Below are positions 26,879 through 41,122 of a stretch of 64,000 bases of DNA, one piece after another. The notes under the pieces are model-generated. The model worked only from the letters and a program-made list of their open reading frames with translations, made no database searches and was not told the origin of the DNA. The stretch comes from Octopus vulgaris (Eukaryota), in NCBI GenBank assembly GCA_951406725.2, contig OX597821.1, positions 20,026,001 through 20,090,000 of the forward strand. Direction: 5' to 3'. The position numbers were made by a program, and so were the translations under genes. The stretch's first letter is position 1; the number at the start of each line of letters is the position of its first letter.

Positions 26879-29432
26879 ATGGTATGGGTAATAAAATCCA
26901 CTGTTATTTATTCATTTGCTTAATCCATCTTGGTAAAAGTGCTCCGAATAATTATTGCAGAACAAATAGAATATTAGCTTTAATTAAAGGAGATCTAGTA
27001 AATTATAATGCAAAAAAATATTACTTAATGGTATACAATGCAGATCTCTGTGGAATTTCAATGGTTAGAGAGGGGGAGATGAGAATAAGAAAAAAATAAT
27101 TAAATTGCTTAACATACAGAAATTACCATAATCAAAGTGACAGTAACTCTAACCTACAGAAACAATAGGATAAATCAAATAAAGTAAGTGGTCAACATAC
27201 TGAATGGAAGACGGCATTGGCATAAACGAATAAGTCATATACTACACGAATTAAAGTAGTTTATGAAACAATCATTGTCAATATAAAGATACAAATTTAT
27301 GACTTCATTTTAGATAAATATTGAAATTTATTTAGATCAGATATTTAGCTCCAATGAACATACGAGTTGGACGGTCAGAAAGAATAAATGAGGCAGAATA
27401 GAACTGATATCCCAGTAGAAATAAGAAACACGAAAAAGAATGAGTTCTCAACTTCCTATTAACCAATATTGTCACTATGTTATTGAGAATAAACCAAATC
27501 AATTACAATGATAGATAGGTTACACACCTACTTTGATAATTTAAAATAATGGGGATTATTTTGAAAATGTAACAAGAAACTGTGAGAATTATAAAGAATT
27601 ATAAATGCCTTAGATGCTTAATGCTAAAAATATATGAGATTAAAATGAATAATGAAGAATTAAAGATCTCATAATCAGGGGTAATGAAGCAAGTAAGTTT
27701 TATACTGATATCAACGGAGGCTAGAAGCAAATTGAATAAAGTTATCAAATGAAATTATATAAAATATGCATTATATATAATTACAATCATTGGTATCTCT
27801 CGTTAAACTAAGGCAAAAGTGATTTAAATATGTTCAGATATATTAGTAGTATTATGATACTATTTAATAACAAATTACTTGTTATCAAATATCTGTAATT
27901 TTGAAGTCTATATTTTTGGGTTATAGATACGTATCTAGCATATGTAGAAACCTCTATAGAATTGATTTAAAGTGCAAGAAATTTCTACGGAGAGATTTCG
28001 TGCATTTTCTGTTCATTTCATCCACTCTCTTAATAAAAGTAACAAAGAATTTTAAGATTTCTTATAATTCTAAGCACCAGAGATTGCATCTATCGCTAAC
28101 ACACTCAGTGTGTCCACTTGTATACAAAGCTAGATGAAACTCCACATTTTCCATCTATATCACTCGGAAGTTCGCGGAGACCGACTGTTTTCGCATTATG
28201 TCACCTATTAAATGAATGGGCACGATTATATAAACTGAATTTTAAAATGGAGGAAGTGAAAGGTACGTAAGTAACAAGCAATGTTTTTGTCAGGTATTTA
28301 TTTCCTGCTGGACATCCAAATTTCTTTTTAAAATTACTTATGTATTCTCTGGTAGAGGCCGTTGACTTAGCGTTCGTATGTATCTATTCAGAAGACACTC
28401 GTTCAGTATGCACGGAACTTGATGGTGGCAACCTCTTCCTTTTTGTGAGAAGTTTGGTTGAAATTTATGAGAAGAGACTGGATATTGAATCTCTTGAGAT
28501 GGATTTCAGCCCGTTATAGATATATAATTACAAGATGATTCACTGCTGTATATTGATTCAACCTTATCCACAGATTTGTTTGGTGAGTCTTAACATGTTG
28601 CTTGTTCATACTTCTGTTACACTTGCACAAACGTTACTTCATAGAGTGAAGGTGTTGATACTCTTTTCCCTTGGCGTTAACAATCTGGCTGTTCTGAAAG
28701 AAACTTGATCCTGAATGCTTGGAACCACGGTATCGACAAGATCCCGTGGCTGAAACCATTAATCTTCTAATTCGAACTCTCTAGGAGTAATTGATATTCT
28801 AACTGTGCATACTTCAATAGCAGCTGTTCCAATTACAGTGTCCACCGTATTTCTGTTCGTCATGGATGTTTCATGTTTCGTGTCATCACAAATTTTTCTG
28901 AGACGTACAGGCGTTTGTGTGCTTGTCGAGAGCGTTGCTGCTGATACACCATGGCTATTGAAAACAAACTAATCAAACAAATCTGTTAACATTGATCTTC
29001 AAGGTTTCTACATTTAGTATAATGATATCGTTTAGTGATAACTATAAGAAAACGCTGGACATATGGCATTCTGTTATATACTAGGATGTAAGTAAGCGGA
29101 TAACCGTTATTTACACTTCGTAAGCCTGTTTGAAAGGTGGCTGCTGGTTTTGAAGACAGCAACTGTATCCTTCATCCTGCTATCAAAGAGAATTCCCAAG
29201 ACTTTGATTAGTTTTCCTATCAATGTTGGAATGTTATTTTCGGGTAACAGAACTGTATTTTGATGACCCGATGCTCATCCTTGTCCACGAGATTATCTTC
29301 TCAAATAATGCTACCAAGGAATAATGAGACTGTTATTGGTAGGACATTTCTGATACCTGTTGCATAGAGATAGCAAAATAAGTGACGCAAACTATCAATC
29401 ACTGTTTCGGTTTACCTCTCTTTCTCTCTCTC

Positions 29433-29480
<48 letters not shown>

Positions 29481-29510
<30 letters not shown>

Positions 29511-29577
29511 TCACTGCCTGGAATCAGAACTCAGAATCTCGGGGTTAGTAGCCTGCGCTCTTAACCACTACGCCATA

Positions 29578-29579
<2 letters not shown>
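29481..29579 (-). mobile_element. tRNA-like mini-SINE / tRNA pseudogene with (AAT)n tail
   Basis: Minus CATATGGCGTAGTGGTTAAGAGCGCAGG-CTACTAA-CCCCGAGATTCTGAGTTCTGATTCC...then AATAATAAT; A box good, B box and stems imperfect. Confidence 0.6.
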
Positions 29580-29613
<34 letters not shown>

Positions 29614-29615
<2 letters not shown>

Positions 29616-29799
29616 TCATGAGAGATCGCTAGCCACTATATATTTTTTATTTTCTCTCCTTGTTTCTTTTGTGTTCTTGTCTGTGGAAGATCGTAGGCTC
29701 GAAAAGTTAAAGACATTTTCACATCCTGAGCGTTATACTAAAACATCTGTTTGTTGTCTACAACACCTGTCTTCGCCCTTTGTTTTTGTTGTGAATCCT

Positions 29800-29803
<4 letters not shown>
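29614..29803 (+). mobile_element. HHR-variant element family H3, (TA)n on both sides
   Basis: TCTTGT-CTGTGGAA-GATC(GTAG)GCTC-GAAA-AG-TT-AAAGA at 29675-29713. Confidence 0.7.
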
Positions 29804-29854
<51 letters not shown>

Positions 29855-29856
29855 CG

Positions 29857-30596
29857 TACGACTCCTAATCAATAAGTATCTGACCTCTGATGTGCATGTG
29901 CACTAAGTTTTAACGCTCTGACTCACTTCTGCTATTTACAGGAGTCCATGGAATGATCATGTGTAGTTTGTGATCGTCGCATCTACCATGACAGATAAAG
30001 TTGTCATGGCGATGCCTGCTCAGAGGACAACGCAAATTTCACAAAGTGTATAGAAAGGAGTCTATGAGCCACACACGAGTATACGAGTGGTTCCGATGAT
30101 TACAACATGGTCCAAAAAAAATGTCGATGTTGTTGAACGTCTCGGGAGACGCGTAACCAGCAGAACTGAGAAAAACATCACAGATATGCACGCAGTTGTG
30201 AGAGGAAATCCGTGAGTTATTAGAGGATGTGTAGATTAGTTACGGTTCAGTTCAGTCCATTATCACTGAAGATCTGTATATAAGAGGCGTGTCTGCCGAG
30301 TTTGTGCCAAAACTGCTTTTAGCCGACCAAAAAGACACTCAGGTTTCAGTTGCACAAGATCTTGATCGTGTTGAGAACGATGAAAAGTTTTTGCAAACTT
30401 TGCGTAGGCCACTAAGCAGGAATCTCCAAGCAGATTTCTTCCTCAACTTTCTCTGTCACGGTCAAATAGACGATCACACGCTACACACCTTCCTACCAAG
30501 TACTTTTGTAAGCAGCGGAAGGGAGCTGCTTCATTCTGCATGCTTTAATTTCGTTACTATGGCAACACTCCGGATACTTATTGATAAGACAACGTA
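29857..30596 (+). mobile_element. Internally deleted mariner-family DNA transposon
   Basis: TIRs TACGACTCCTAATCAATAAGTATCTG / CGGATACTTATTGATAAGACAACGTA with TA ends; remnant SMSHTRVYEWFR...ISYGSVQSII...VSAEFVPKLL (WVPxxL-like motif). Confidence 0.8.
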
Positions 30597-31753
30597 TATA
30601 TACACACATACACAATCACTTTGTATGTGTGTGTTTGTGCATATACATTAACAAGATATCTATTATTTGCCCCCGTGTAAAATCGTGCTAATTGAAACGT
30701 TCATATCATTTCACAAGTATTCACGAAAAAAATTGAAATAAGTATTAAAATAGACACTCAACGCATTGGTTCGAGTGGCCTTCTTGACAATTTGTGTAGA
30801 GCTAGCATACACACAAACAGGCACATAAACATATGCACACAGTCCCCCCCACACACACACATCCATATGTGTGTGTGTGTGCGTGTATATACATACGTAT
30901 ACACGAATACATATTTATATATGTACTATATATGCATGTGTATTCGTACGTATAAGCATACATACATATGTGGATATGTGTGTGTATATATTAATATGTG
31001 TATTCTGAAACGTATTACACCGATAGAGAAATGTAGCTAGATATATTAAAACTGATAGAGAGATACAGTTAATATCCACTATCGATTGCTGTGATGTATC
31101 GACGTTCACGTGAGCATCTCCTGCAGACATAATTAGGAATTGTCCGAACGACAGTCAGTTTTCATTCAAAGTTGTCAGACCTCTCACCTCAGATATTAAG
31201 ACACATTACCCACCAGATTTTACGCATTTCTTTCTTTATTTTCAGTTTACGTATTCCAGCTACTGATTCAATATGGCAGCGGTTCAAAGTTCGAAATCAT
31301 TGTACAGATTATCAATTCAAACCACTACATTAGCGTACCGTATCTAAATACTACTGGCATCTAAATATCGGTTCATATGTACGAATATGATTGTACGTCT
31401 ATAGAAATAGATGTGTGTTTATGTGTGTGTGTTTGAGTGTGTGTGTATATGTGTGTTCTTTGGTTATGGTTCTAGTGTTGTTTTTTGAAATCGTCTATTT
31501 GGAAAGGAAAGTTTTCTGGAGGATTTTGACCTGGTGTCGTCCAACCCCAGCTATCCTATATACATAACATCATTATTGCTGTTTTTTGAAGTAATTATGT
31601 GAAGCCTTGCTTAATGTGATATTTTCCGTATTTAATGGCTTGCTTGATCTCAGCTGGTTGTATTTACACCAGGCATCTATATACGGAATTGCAAATATAG
31701 ATCTCAAAATATGATATATATATATATATGTACAGAGATATATGCGTGCACAT

Positions 31754-31801
<48 letters not shown>

Positions 31802-32329
31802 TCTCACACGTACACACAAACAGAGACAAACACACACATACACACGTATGTTATGTATAAATATATGGCCTATGTATGCGTGTTTATACAGTGGGAGATA
31901 GACAGAGATAGAGAGAGGGAGGAAGAGAGAGAGAGAGACAGAGATAGAGAGAGACGGAGGAAGAGGAGAGAGACAGAGATAGAGAGAGGGAGGAAGAGGG
32001 AGAGAGAGATACATACACATACATGAATACTGAAACTGCGAATTCAACTCCAGCTATGATGTTTGATATTAGAAATTCGAAAGGATATTTAATGAATATT
32101 ACCCCAAAATAGACTCACAAATAAACGCACAAAACACAAATACACGCACATGCATATAATTATAAAGTTGAGCTATTTGGTTTTAAATAGTCGTTATATA
32201 TCTTAGTGTATAACAACTCTTAATACCATGCCCAAAATGTAGAAACTACCTGATCATGTCCTGCCATAAGTATTTCCTTTGTTTACTGTAACAGTTCCAC
32301 TTCAGATGTTTAAAGTACCTCTCTTCCAA

Positions 32330-33430
32330 CTGATTCGTCAAACTTGATACCTATATGATCCTGTTCCTTCCTCTGCTTCTTTTCCTTTCAATCTTTCCTG
32401 TCCTCGCTAAATTCTTTCCTCACCATATGACCAAGAAATCTCAGTTGCTTGGCTCTTATCTCATGAAGCAGATTCCTACTTACCGCAGCCCAGGTAATCA
32501 GTTCTTCAATAAGCAATTTGTCTGTACATACTATCATCAATATACTCCTTAAGAACTACATTTCATAGTTCTCTAAGCACCTTCTCCATTTTGAGATTAT
32601 AAGTCACACTTTGCTTCCCTACATTAACACACGGTAGACATAGCAGCTTAGTATACAGATTATGGTCTTAGCTTCAGAGTACGGTTTCCCAAGACGTTAT
32701 GCAATTTTAAGAATGCAGATTTTGGCAACTTTATTCATCTTTCGATCTAATGGCTGAAACATCTTTCGATCTTCACACATCTTGCGTCTTGTCGTATCAA
32801 AGTACCAAGGTAGTTGAAAGCTGATATCTGCTTATTGTTCATTTTCAACATGCACGTTGGGCTTCCTTTCTTTGTCACCACCATACACCCTTGCAATTTA
32901 TGAGCAGGCCCTTCTTCTCACTTTCTTTGACCACTATATCCAGACGTTTCTGCACTTCCTTTTCTGATTCTGCAAATAAAGCGGTGTCATATTCTTTCTG
33001 ATATTTCTGCCACCTACTCTAAGAACTTTTTCTTATGATCTAAGAACTCTAAGAACTTTTTCTTTCTTCAGTTCTCTTATGATCCAATCGCTATAGTAAT
33101 TGAAGAGATTTTGTCACATAGCACATCCTTATCTAACCCCTCTTCTAATGCTAGTGTATTCACTGCATTCTCTATTCACCTTTCTGCATGGTGAATTGTT
33201 TTAATATAGGCTCTACAAGAGAACTTGAAGTGTCATGTTTTACTTTGTCGAAGGCCATTGTACAATTTATGAAACAAAAGAATACGCCTTCTTGGAGCTC
33301 CAGCATACGTTCCGCTATCATCCTCAATACAAAAATAGCATTCCTAGTACCAGCATCCTTTACAAAGCCAAGCGGTGCAATTTCGATCCCAGGTGTTATT
33401 CAGCTTCCTGCCCGCATCATAGAATGATCT
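32330..33430 (-). pseudogene. Degenerate RTE (BovB-like) LINE RT fragment
   Basis: Minus remnants RRGVRxGC...NLFNYYSD, ALFAESEKEVQKRLDIVVKESEKKGLLIN, FNYLG; many disablements. Confidence 0.65.
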
Positions 33431-33438
33431 TTCTAACG

Positions 33439-33511
<73 letters not shown>

Positions 33512-33574
33512 TGTGTGTGTATAAGGTGGTGCTCCAGTATGGCCGCAGTCTAATGGCTGAAACAAATATATATA

Positions 33575-33945
33575 TTCTTTTATACTTTTATTTGTGTCAG
33601 TCATTACACTGCGGTCATGCTGGGGCACCACCTTCAAGAGTTTTAGTCGAATGAATCGACACCAGGGATAATTTCTTAAGCCAGGTAAATATTCTATCGG
33701 TGTCTGTGGCCGAAATGCTAAGTTACGGGGACGTAAACACACCGACATCGATTGTCATGTGGTGATGGGGGGGGGACACAGACACAGACACACACATGCA
33801 TACACACGACAACCTTTCAGTTCCCGTCTACTAATTCTACACACACGGCGTTGGTCGACCCTAGGCTATAGTAGAAGATACTTGCCCAAGGGACTGAACC
33901 CTGAACCATGTGGTTGGGAAGCAAACTTCTTACCACAGAGCCACC
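33575..33945 (-). mobile_element. Diverged SINE family A copy
   Basis: Colinear with 26465-26878; a + strand tail fragment at 33523-33567 faces it. Confidence 0.8.
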
Positions 33946-35099
33946 CCTTCACATAAAAAGGAAATAACATATTTCTACATTTAGTTCCGACCTGCTTTCG
34001 TTGTGTGAGCCATTTAAGAAGAATGTGGAGTTTGCCATTTATTAATCTTTATGTAAGTGTTATTCTTTGCTAGGATCTTGTTTAAATACTGTTAAATAAT
34101 GTTCTAAATAATGTTGGAGAAGACAGTATGCAAGACACTGTGTTGTTTAAGAAAAACAAAGTGTATTTTCGCTAAATCTTAGTTCACATTTCGAATACAA
34201 AACACAGGGAAGTGTGTACATAATATAATTTAATTCATCAGAGTCAAAAGAGTAAAGTAAAATATTAAAAAAGAATCAGCTCGTCTGATCGCATCGGATA
34301 TAAAGGGAGCTTACAATAGCGCAGTCCATGACACGCAAGTTTTAAAAAAGAAAACAAAGACAAACTTAATATCATCATCAAATTTCTTTGTAACTAAGTT
34401 GCTAGCTTCTTCACGCATCGCAATACAAAATTGATTCTTGATAATAATAAAAGTGAAATTATTTTGTTTCTCCAGGGTCTTCCACATTGCTCTCGACTCA
34501 CGCAAATTTTCTTTCTCTTCTTCTCTTTTATACAAATGACCTGTTTAAAAATTCAACTGAATTGTGAAACTAATTGAAATGTCACGTTTTACTGGTGGTA
34601 TCATCATGTACACTTCGTCTGTCATCATCAATGAGAATGAACTTAAGTTATACACAGCTTCACAAATTGCTTTTAAATTGGCAAACGAAAACTGTTAACA
34701 CTTTGATCCCTTTTAAACACAATTTCATAACCCAGAAAGGTTGTGGTTCAGTATCATATAGAACAAATGAACCAGTTATTAACATTGGCAAAACAGAAAG
34801 ACTTCGAAAGTTGTTTCAAAGTCATAGCAATAATTTCCGTATAGATATTTGAGAACTGTTGTCTAGCTCCAGGTTAGTTCTGACGGAACAGATCTTCAAT
34901 CAAAATATTCTATTCATAGCGATCGTCTATATTAACCAGTAGTTTAGGACAAAGTAATTTTGAGCTTTTGACCAATCTGAAGAAGATGACGAGTAGGACA
35001 TGGAGGAAACATTTAGTTGCTGTTTGTAGAGGTCAAGCGACTACATAAATTCACCCTCATTGAATTGATATAAAATTCATTTGTCCATTACCAGGAAAG

Positions 35100-36000
35100 T
35101 GACTTCAGTGAAGTTATTGCCTTCTCTATGTAATCCCCAAAATTTCTTTAATTCTGTGTGCATTGGTCCAAAATGAACAATATCCATACCAATGCCACCA
35201 GATTTGGAGAGGTCTTAACAGACGCAGGGCCAGATACATGGTCACTAATTTACAAGTTCCCCTCCGCCCCTCTCTTCACTCCTACCCACCTCTCTTCTCT
35301 CTTCATCTGACACCTACTTCCTTTCTTCACTTCTACCCACCTTTTGTCTTCATTGATACAATCCCCTCCCCACACCCTACCCCATACGTCCTACCCACCC
35401 CTGGACCACCCCACCTCTCACCCTCATCCCACAAACCCCACAACACATCCCTGTCCGCACACGCTCACTCCCACATCCCCACACTCCACCACAGAGCTAA
35501 AACCCCACATCCCACCATTCACCACCCCACATCACACTGCCACATCACAACACCCCACGCCACTCCACGCACACTAGCACTGACCACTTCCCAGGACCTA
35601 TACATCATCATCCACACTCCCATACGTTACAGGCACACACACGCACGCACATATCCATACACGCCAAAGTCACTAGCCCCTGTCTACATACACACACACA
35701 TTGTCACAGACATACGCACACGATCGTTCGTTTTGGGGTCACCAATGCATTATTATCTCCACTCCATTCAAACTCTCATGGCAAACCTATTGTTTCCAAC
35801 CAGTTGCCATGCTTGACACCTAAATCCACAAGTTTCTTTTTTTTTATTCTCTCTCTGTTTATTTTCTCGTATTCCTTTCTGCTGAAGAGCGTAGGCTTGA
35901 AATGTAAAGGACTTCTTCACATTTCCGAGCGTCAAACTAATACACATGCTTGTTGTTCATACACCTGTCTTCGTCTTTTGTTTTTCTGAAAGTTTCAACT
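35100..36000 (+). mobile_element. Probable PLE 3' end: C/A-rich UTR ending in family H3 HHR element
   Basis: CCTTT-CTGCTGAA-GAGC(GTAG)GCTT-GAAA-TG-TA-AAGG at 35874-35910. Weak GLNRR..DTWSLIY remnant near 35210-35255 resembles a GIY-YIG C-terminus (inference). Confidence 0.45.
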
Positions 36001-36170
36001 ATATTATATATTACACTGACATAATAAGGGTATAATTACACATTGCATAAGGTGGACTTATATACACAATATCCAAAACGATACGGCAAAGCCATCGGAA
36101 GGATGCGTCTAAAGATACGTATTAGTGCTGATCTATGGACAAAAAACAGGAAGAACAACATAAGCATGGA

Positions 36171-36936
36171 TCTAATCTCTATATATAAAAGGCAAGTTGT
36201 CTGTCTGTGTGTCTGTGTGTCTGTCAGGTTGTACCCTCACCCTGACCACGGCTTTAAACCGATTCTGATGAAACTTGACACACATATAGCCCAATGTCAT
36301 AATTCAAAACTAACGCAGCGAAAAGTTTGAAAAGTTCCCTCAGTTCTGATGAAAATTGATAAATTCGACATGGGGTCTAGAATCTAAGCTTATCATATGC
36401 AACACATTTTCCGTTGTAGTTTTCGCAACATGCAATCGATTTTCACCAAACTCATGGTGAAGCTTAATGTTACCCTAAGGAACTTAATTCTGTCGTTAGT
36501 TTTCCATGCAATACCTTACCATCAGAAAAAATCGATAAAATCATGCCATTTTGGGAACTCGCGTTCAAATTCAAGATGACATATTTTCGACAATATCTTT
36601 AACAAATTGGCAGGAATTTTTTTTTTAATTCATAGCGAGCATCATGTCTGCTCCAAGGAGCTATATGACCCTTTTGATTCCAATAGGATACGTTATTACT
36701 GGAAAAAACCGCAGAACTGGGTTGAGTGTGCTAAACAAAACCAGAAAAAGCACTTTGAATGTCATAGATTTTCTTCATGCATGCAAGGGAACGGTGCCTT
36801 GAATGCCTTAATGCCTTTTAGGCTTCATTTTACAAAATAACGGTTCAATGAGTACAAAAAAGGGTAAAAAGGTAAAAGGCATTGCTTATCCACAAGGTTT
36901 CTTACATTCCCGGGCAACGCCGGGCTATGCTGCTAG
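36171..36936 (+). mobile_element. Non-autonomous Helitron
   Basis: A|TC start followed by TATATATAAAA and (GTCT)n, 3' hairpin CCCGGGCAACGCCGGG (36909-36924), CTAG|T end. Confidence 0.85.
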
Positions 36937-37409
36937 TAAGGAATATATCTAAACTTGTAATTAAACTATTATTAGAACAATTCCTGTTTTTTGTCCTTTC
37001 CGTTGATGATGGTAATTATTATAGAGACGATATGCATACTCATGATGATGATCATGATGATGATCTAACTTTCATATAATTCAAATGATAAATCCACAGT
37101 TAAAAAGGAACGACATAATACCCCCAAAGGGAAGTTCTTTATACCTAGATCTTCATTTAACATCAAGTTTTATGTTACTCGAGGAAGATTTTACAGTTAT
37201 CCTTTTGTTGTGTTCACGGAGTGACACGTTCGCTAGGTCAAAGGTCAAGGGCAAACTTGAGAGGCGAAAAACGTGTTGCGATCAATATGTTTAGTGTGTA
37301 CTGCATTGAAAAGCGATTATTACATTTCGTCCTTTGTATGGATGAGCAACACAGTGTATTTGTAAGCATGTATGTATATATGAATATACATACATACATA
37401 CACACGTAA

Positions 37410-37446
<37 letters not shown>

Positions 37447-37451
37447 GACAT

Positions 37452-37516
<65 letters not shown>

Positions 37517-37729
37517 CCGTAGTAAACATATAAATGTGAAACAAGGTGGAAAAGAGAGTACTCAAATACCAGTGGAAGAGTAATATGCTTTATTTAAAGC
37601 AGCAGAAAATTCAACAAAAAATGTTACTCTGAGTTTCACGTTGGACAGTTTTTGCTATTCTAGCAAAAATTGTCCAACGTGAAACTCAGAGTAACAGGTT
37701 TTGTTGAATTTTCTGCTGCTTTAAATAAA
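37517..37729. mobile_element. (TA)n-flanked short element with 69-bp fold-back (family H4)
   Basis: Arms 37589-37657/37661-37729, 3-nt loop; homologous to 45328-45392. Confidence 0.65.
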
Positions 37730-37742
37730 ATATATATATATA

Positions 37743-37813
<71 letters not shown>

Positions 37814-37919
37814 ATCATTATTATTTTATTTATTTTATTTTTTAATTTTATCTAGTTTCAGCTCACGAGCTGTGGTCATGCTGGGGCACCGCCATTTGGT
37901 GTTGCTACATGATTTTACT

Positions 37920-40900
37920 TCACGAATGCTTTTTAGCAACTGTCATTTGGTGCATGAGAGAGTTCGATGCAGCTGCCCTCATCTGCACCTCCTGTCGTGA
38001 AGTTGGTTCATCTGGGACACCTGACAGGAAGAGATCCAGTCCAACTTTAAAGACATCTGCATCCACCCCATGCAGGTCCCTCAGGTTCTTCGGGAGGATA
38101 TTGAAAATCTGTGGGCCTCTGAAGCCCAGGCTATCACAGTATCTTGTCCTACATCTTGATGGCAAATTAGGAATCCTTGGCACCATGCAGTGGCGCCCAG
38201 TTCTGGTATTTGTGTAACTCTCGATGCCAAAGTTTGGGACAAGTCCTTCTAGGATCTTCCAAATGTATATTATGGCATATCTTTCTCGCCTACGCTCTAA
38301 GGAATAGAGTCTTAATCTCTTGAGTCTTTCCCAGTAGCTTATATACTGCACAGAGGCTATCTTCTTCGTGTAGCTTCGTTGGATCGCCTCAAGTTATGTG
38401 ATCAACTAGACACTGGATGGTGACCATAGCTGAGAGCAATAGTCAAAGTGGCTTAGGACAAGTGTCCTCCAGAGGACCATCATGGTTTCTTGTTCTCTTG
38501 TTCTAAAGGTTCTAAGAATCCATCCGGTCAGCCGTCTACATTTCATTGCCAATTTAGCAACATGTACATGAAAGATTGCGTCATCACTCATGTAAATACC
38601 CAGGTCATGCACTGATTGTGCCTCTGGGATTGCAATCCCTCCAGGTCCAGTGTATTCATTGGGTATTGCATTTAGTTTTGCATGCTGATAGCATAAAGCT
38701 TGAAACTTTTCAGCATTGAACTGCATGCTATTCTTTTCAGTCCACTTGCATATTTTGTCCAGCTCACATTGCAGGTGCTTAGTGTCTTCAGGGTTCTGTA
38801 TTGCCTGTGAAACTTTTGTATCATCTGCATAACTTGTGATCGTGGCTCTCTGCGTGGCTGAGGGCATGTCTGAGAGGGCCATTATGAACAGTAGTGGTCC
38901 CAAAACAGTGCCCTGCGGAACACCACTCACTATTTGCGTGTTGATGGAAGTGGCCCCGCCCCATTGGCTACTACCACCTGACTTCTATCCTTCAGAAAGT
39001 CATGAAGCCATACTCCCAAATTTCCAACTATGCCAAGATCACGCAGTTTGTGACATATCATTCCATGATCGACTTTATCAAAGGCCTTTGCAAAGTCGAG
39101 ATATATGACTTCCACATTTGAGTGATTGAGCAGTCGTTTCAGCACCCAGTCATAGTGTTGTAGGAGCTGAGTTAAGCAGCTTCTTCCTGGTCGGAAACCA
39201 TGTTGGGTGTCAGGCAGCAAGTCATTTCCTTCAAGGAAGGTGATTAGATTCTTTCTGACTATTCGTTCCATGACCTTGCTGATGTGTGAGGTCAGAGAGA
39301 TATGTTTGTAGTTCTTGGCCTCCGCACTGCTACCTCCGTTATGAATAGGGCATATTTTACCTTCCTTCAGTTTTCTTGGAAGTGTGCCAGTTGCAAGGAA
39401 GCTCTGAAAGAGGAACTGCAGTGGTCTTGCTAGGACTCTTTTATATACTTTTAGAAGGATTGCCGGGAATCCATCGGGGCCAGTAGCTGAGTTTGTTTTC
39501 AGTTCATCTATAGCCTTTATTACATCGTCTTCCTTTATATTAACGTAATCAATCATCGCTGCCTCTGATTTTATATCTGCAGTGGTAAAGAAGTCAGTTG
39601 GATTGCAAACTTGGAAATGCCCAAGGGATGGAGTGAAAACACTCTTGAATTGCTCATTTAGTATTTCACTTGCCCTAATTGGATTTCCTGTGAGTGTGCC
39701 ATCCTTTTCAAGGAGTGGCCCTATCCTACAGTGCACCGTAGCTGTTTCTTTGGCATACCTGTAGAAAGCTCTGGGGTTAGATTTTAGCCCAGGCTTCTTT
39801 GTCTGCTCTTTCCTTTTCATGGGAGAGTTGCAGACATTTTTCAATTTCCAACAGTTTTATTTTCAGGCGGGACTTTTCCCTACTTTCAATTTGTTTGTTT
39901 AGGCGATTTGAAACTTTTGTACGCCGTCTCATTAAAGTTTTCCTCTCTCTGGGGATTTTGTTCTTGTGTATAGTGGCCTTTCTCTCTTGGACATATTTGT
40001 AGCATATGGCTTGCATTACAGACATGAATTGTTGAAGTTTCATGTCGAGGAGAGACATTCAGGCCAGTTGTGTTTGAGGATCTCTTTCTCAATTTGTTTC
40101 CAGTTTGCCTTATGGAAGTTCAAGCTGGAAAGATTCTGAGAGTTTCTTGTAGGCTGCATGTCCATGTTTTCCTTTGGCCCGTACATGGTCAGCTCTACCA
40201 TGTTGTGATTCGAGAGTAGTGTTGGTGTCACTTTCACATTATGGATGAGATCCATATTATTTGTGAAGCAGAGATCCAGTATGTTACCTGCCCTGGTTGG
40301 TTGGAGTATTACTTGCTTCATGTAGAGGGTGTTGATGCCGTTCAGGAGGAACCTTGCCTGACCTCGTTCACATCGTGTCATTCCTGGGAGAGAAAGGCCC
40401 TCGGGCCATCTGACATTGGGTAGATTGAAGTCTCCCATAAGAAGTACACTTATGTGTTGTTCTAATGTGACTAGAACTTCTATTTTTATAAGGCAGTCTT
40501 CAAACTTGCCTACATGGCTTGGGGCATCTGGAGGGTAATATGTAGCACACACAACTACACCAAGTTGCCTTATATGTACAGTTAGTGTGTCACACACCGA
40601 GTTTGAGTATGACAAAAGGACCTGGGGTGTGAGGTCCTCACGGATGTACATAGCGACTCCTCCATGACTCCTTTCTTTTCTGTCGGTCCGTAGTACAACA
40701 TACTGTGGTATGTGTAATTCCGCATCTGCTATGTCCGGTTTCAGGTGTATTTCCGTAAGTGCTATGCATAAGGCTTGATTGCATGCTATAAAGTCTTTCA
40801 AGAACGGGATTTTTGTCGTCATATTACTGAGTGTTAACAGTCCTCTGATGTTCAGTAGCAGAATCGAGGTGAGGTGTATGCTGTTGCCAGCGGTGTCCAC

Positions 40901-40948
40901 CTTGGGTCTATTTGCTGTGGCGGTCTTGTGTATTGTGTATAGTCCCAT
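37920..40948 (-). pseudogene. LINE ORF2 (APE endonuclease + reverse transcriptase), disrupted
   Basis: Five consecutive ORF fragments 40040-40948, 39777-40058, 38930-39844, 38406-38930 and 37920-38351. Confidence 0.92.
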
Positions 40949-41122
40949 CTGCGAGTTTGAGTTTGATGGAGCCTGGTTGGCTGCTGTACAATCTTTTGTG
41001 CCATGTACAAAAAAGATTTTTGTTCATCTTTGGGCCCTTTCAATAACATGTTGACGGTTTGTAGCACGCACCACATCTGCGTACCTCCGTTTTGGGGCAT
41101 GTAGTGCGTGGTCCATTCCTTT

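Noticed and set aside
35163-35816. 217-aa His/Pro/Thr-rich ORF
   Set aside because: Arises from C/A-rich low-complexity sequence in a probable retroelement UTR; no domain motif.
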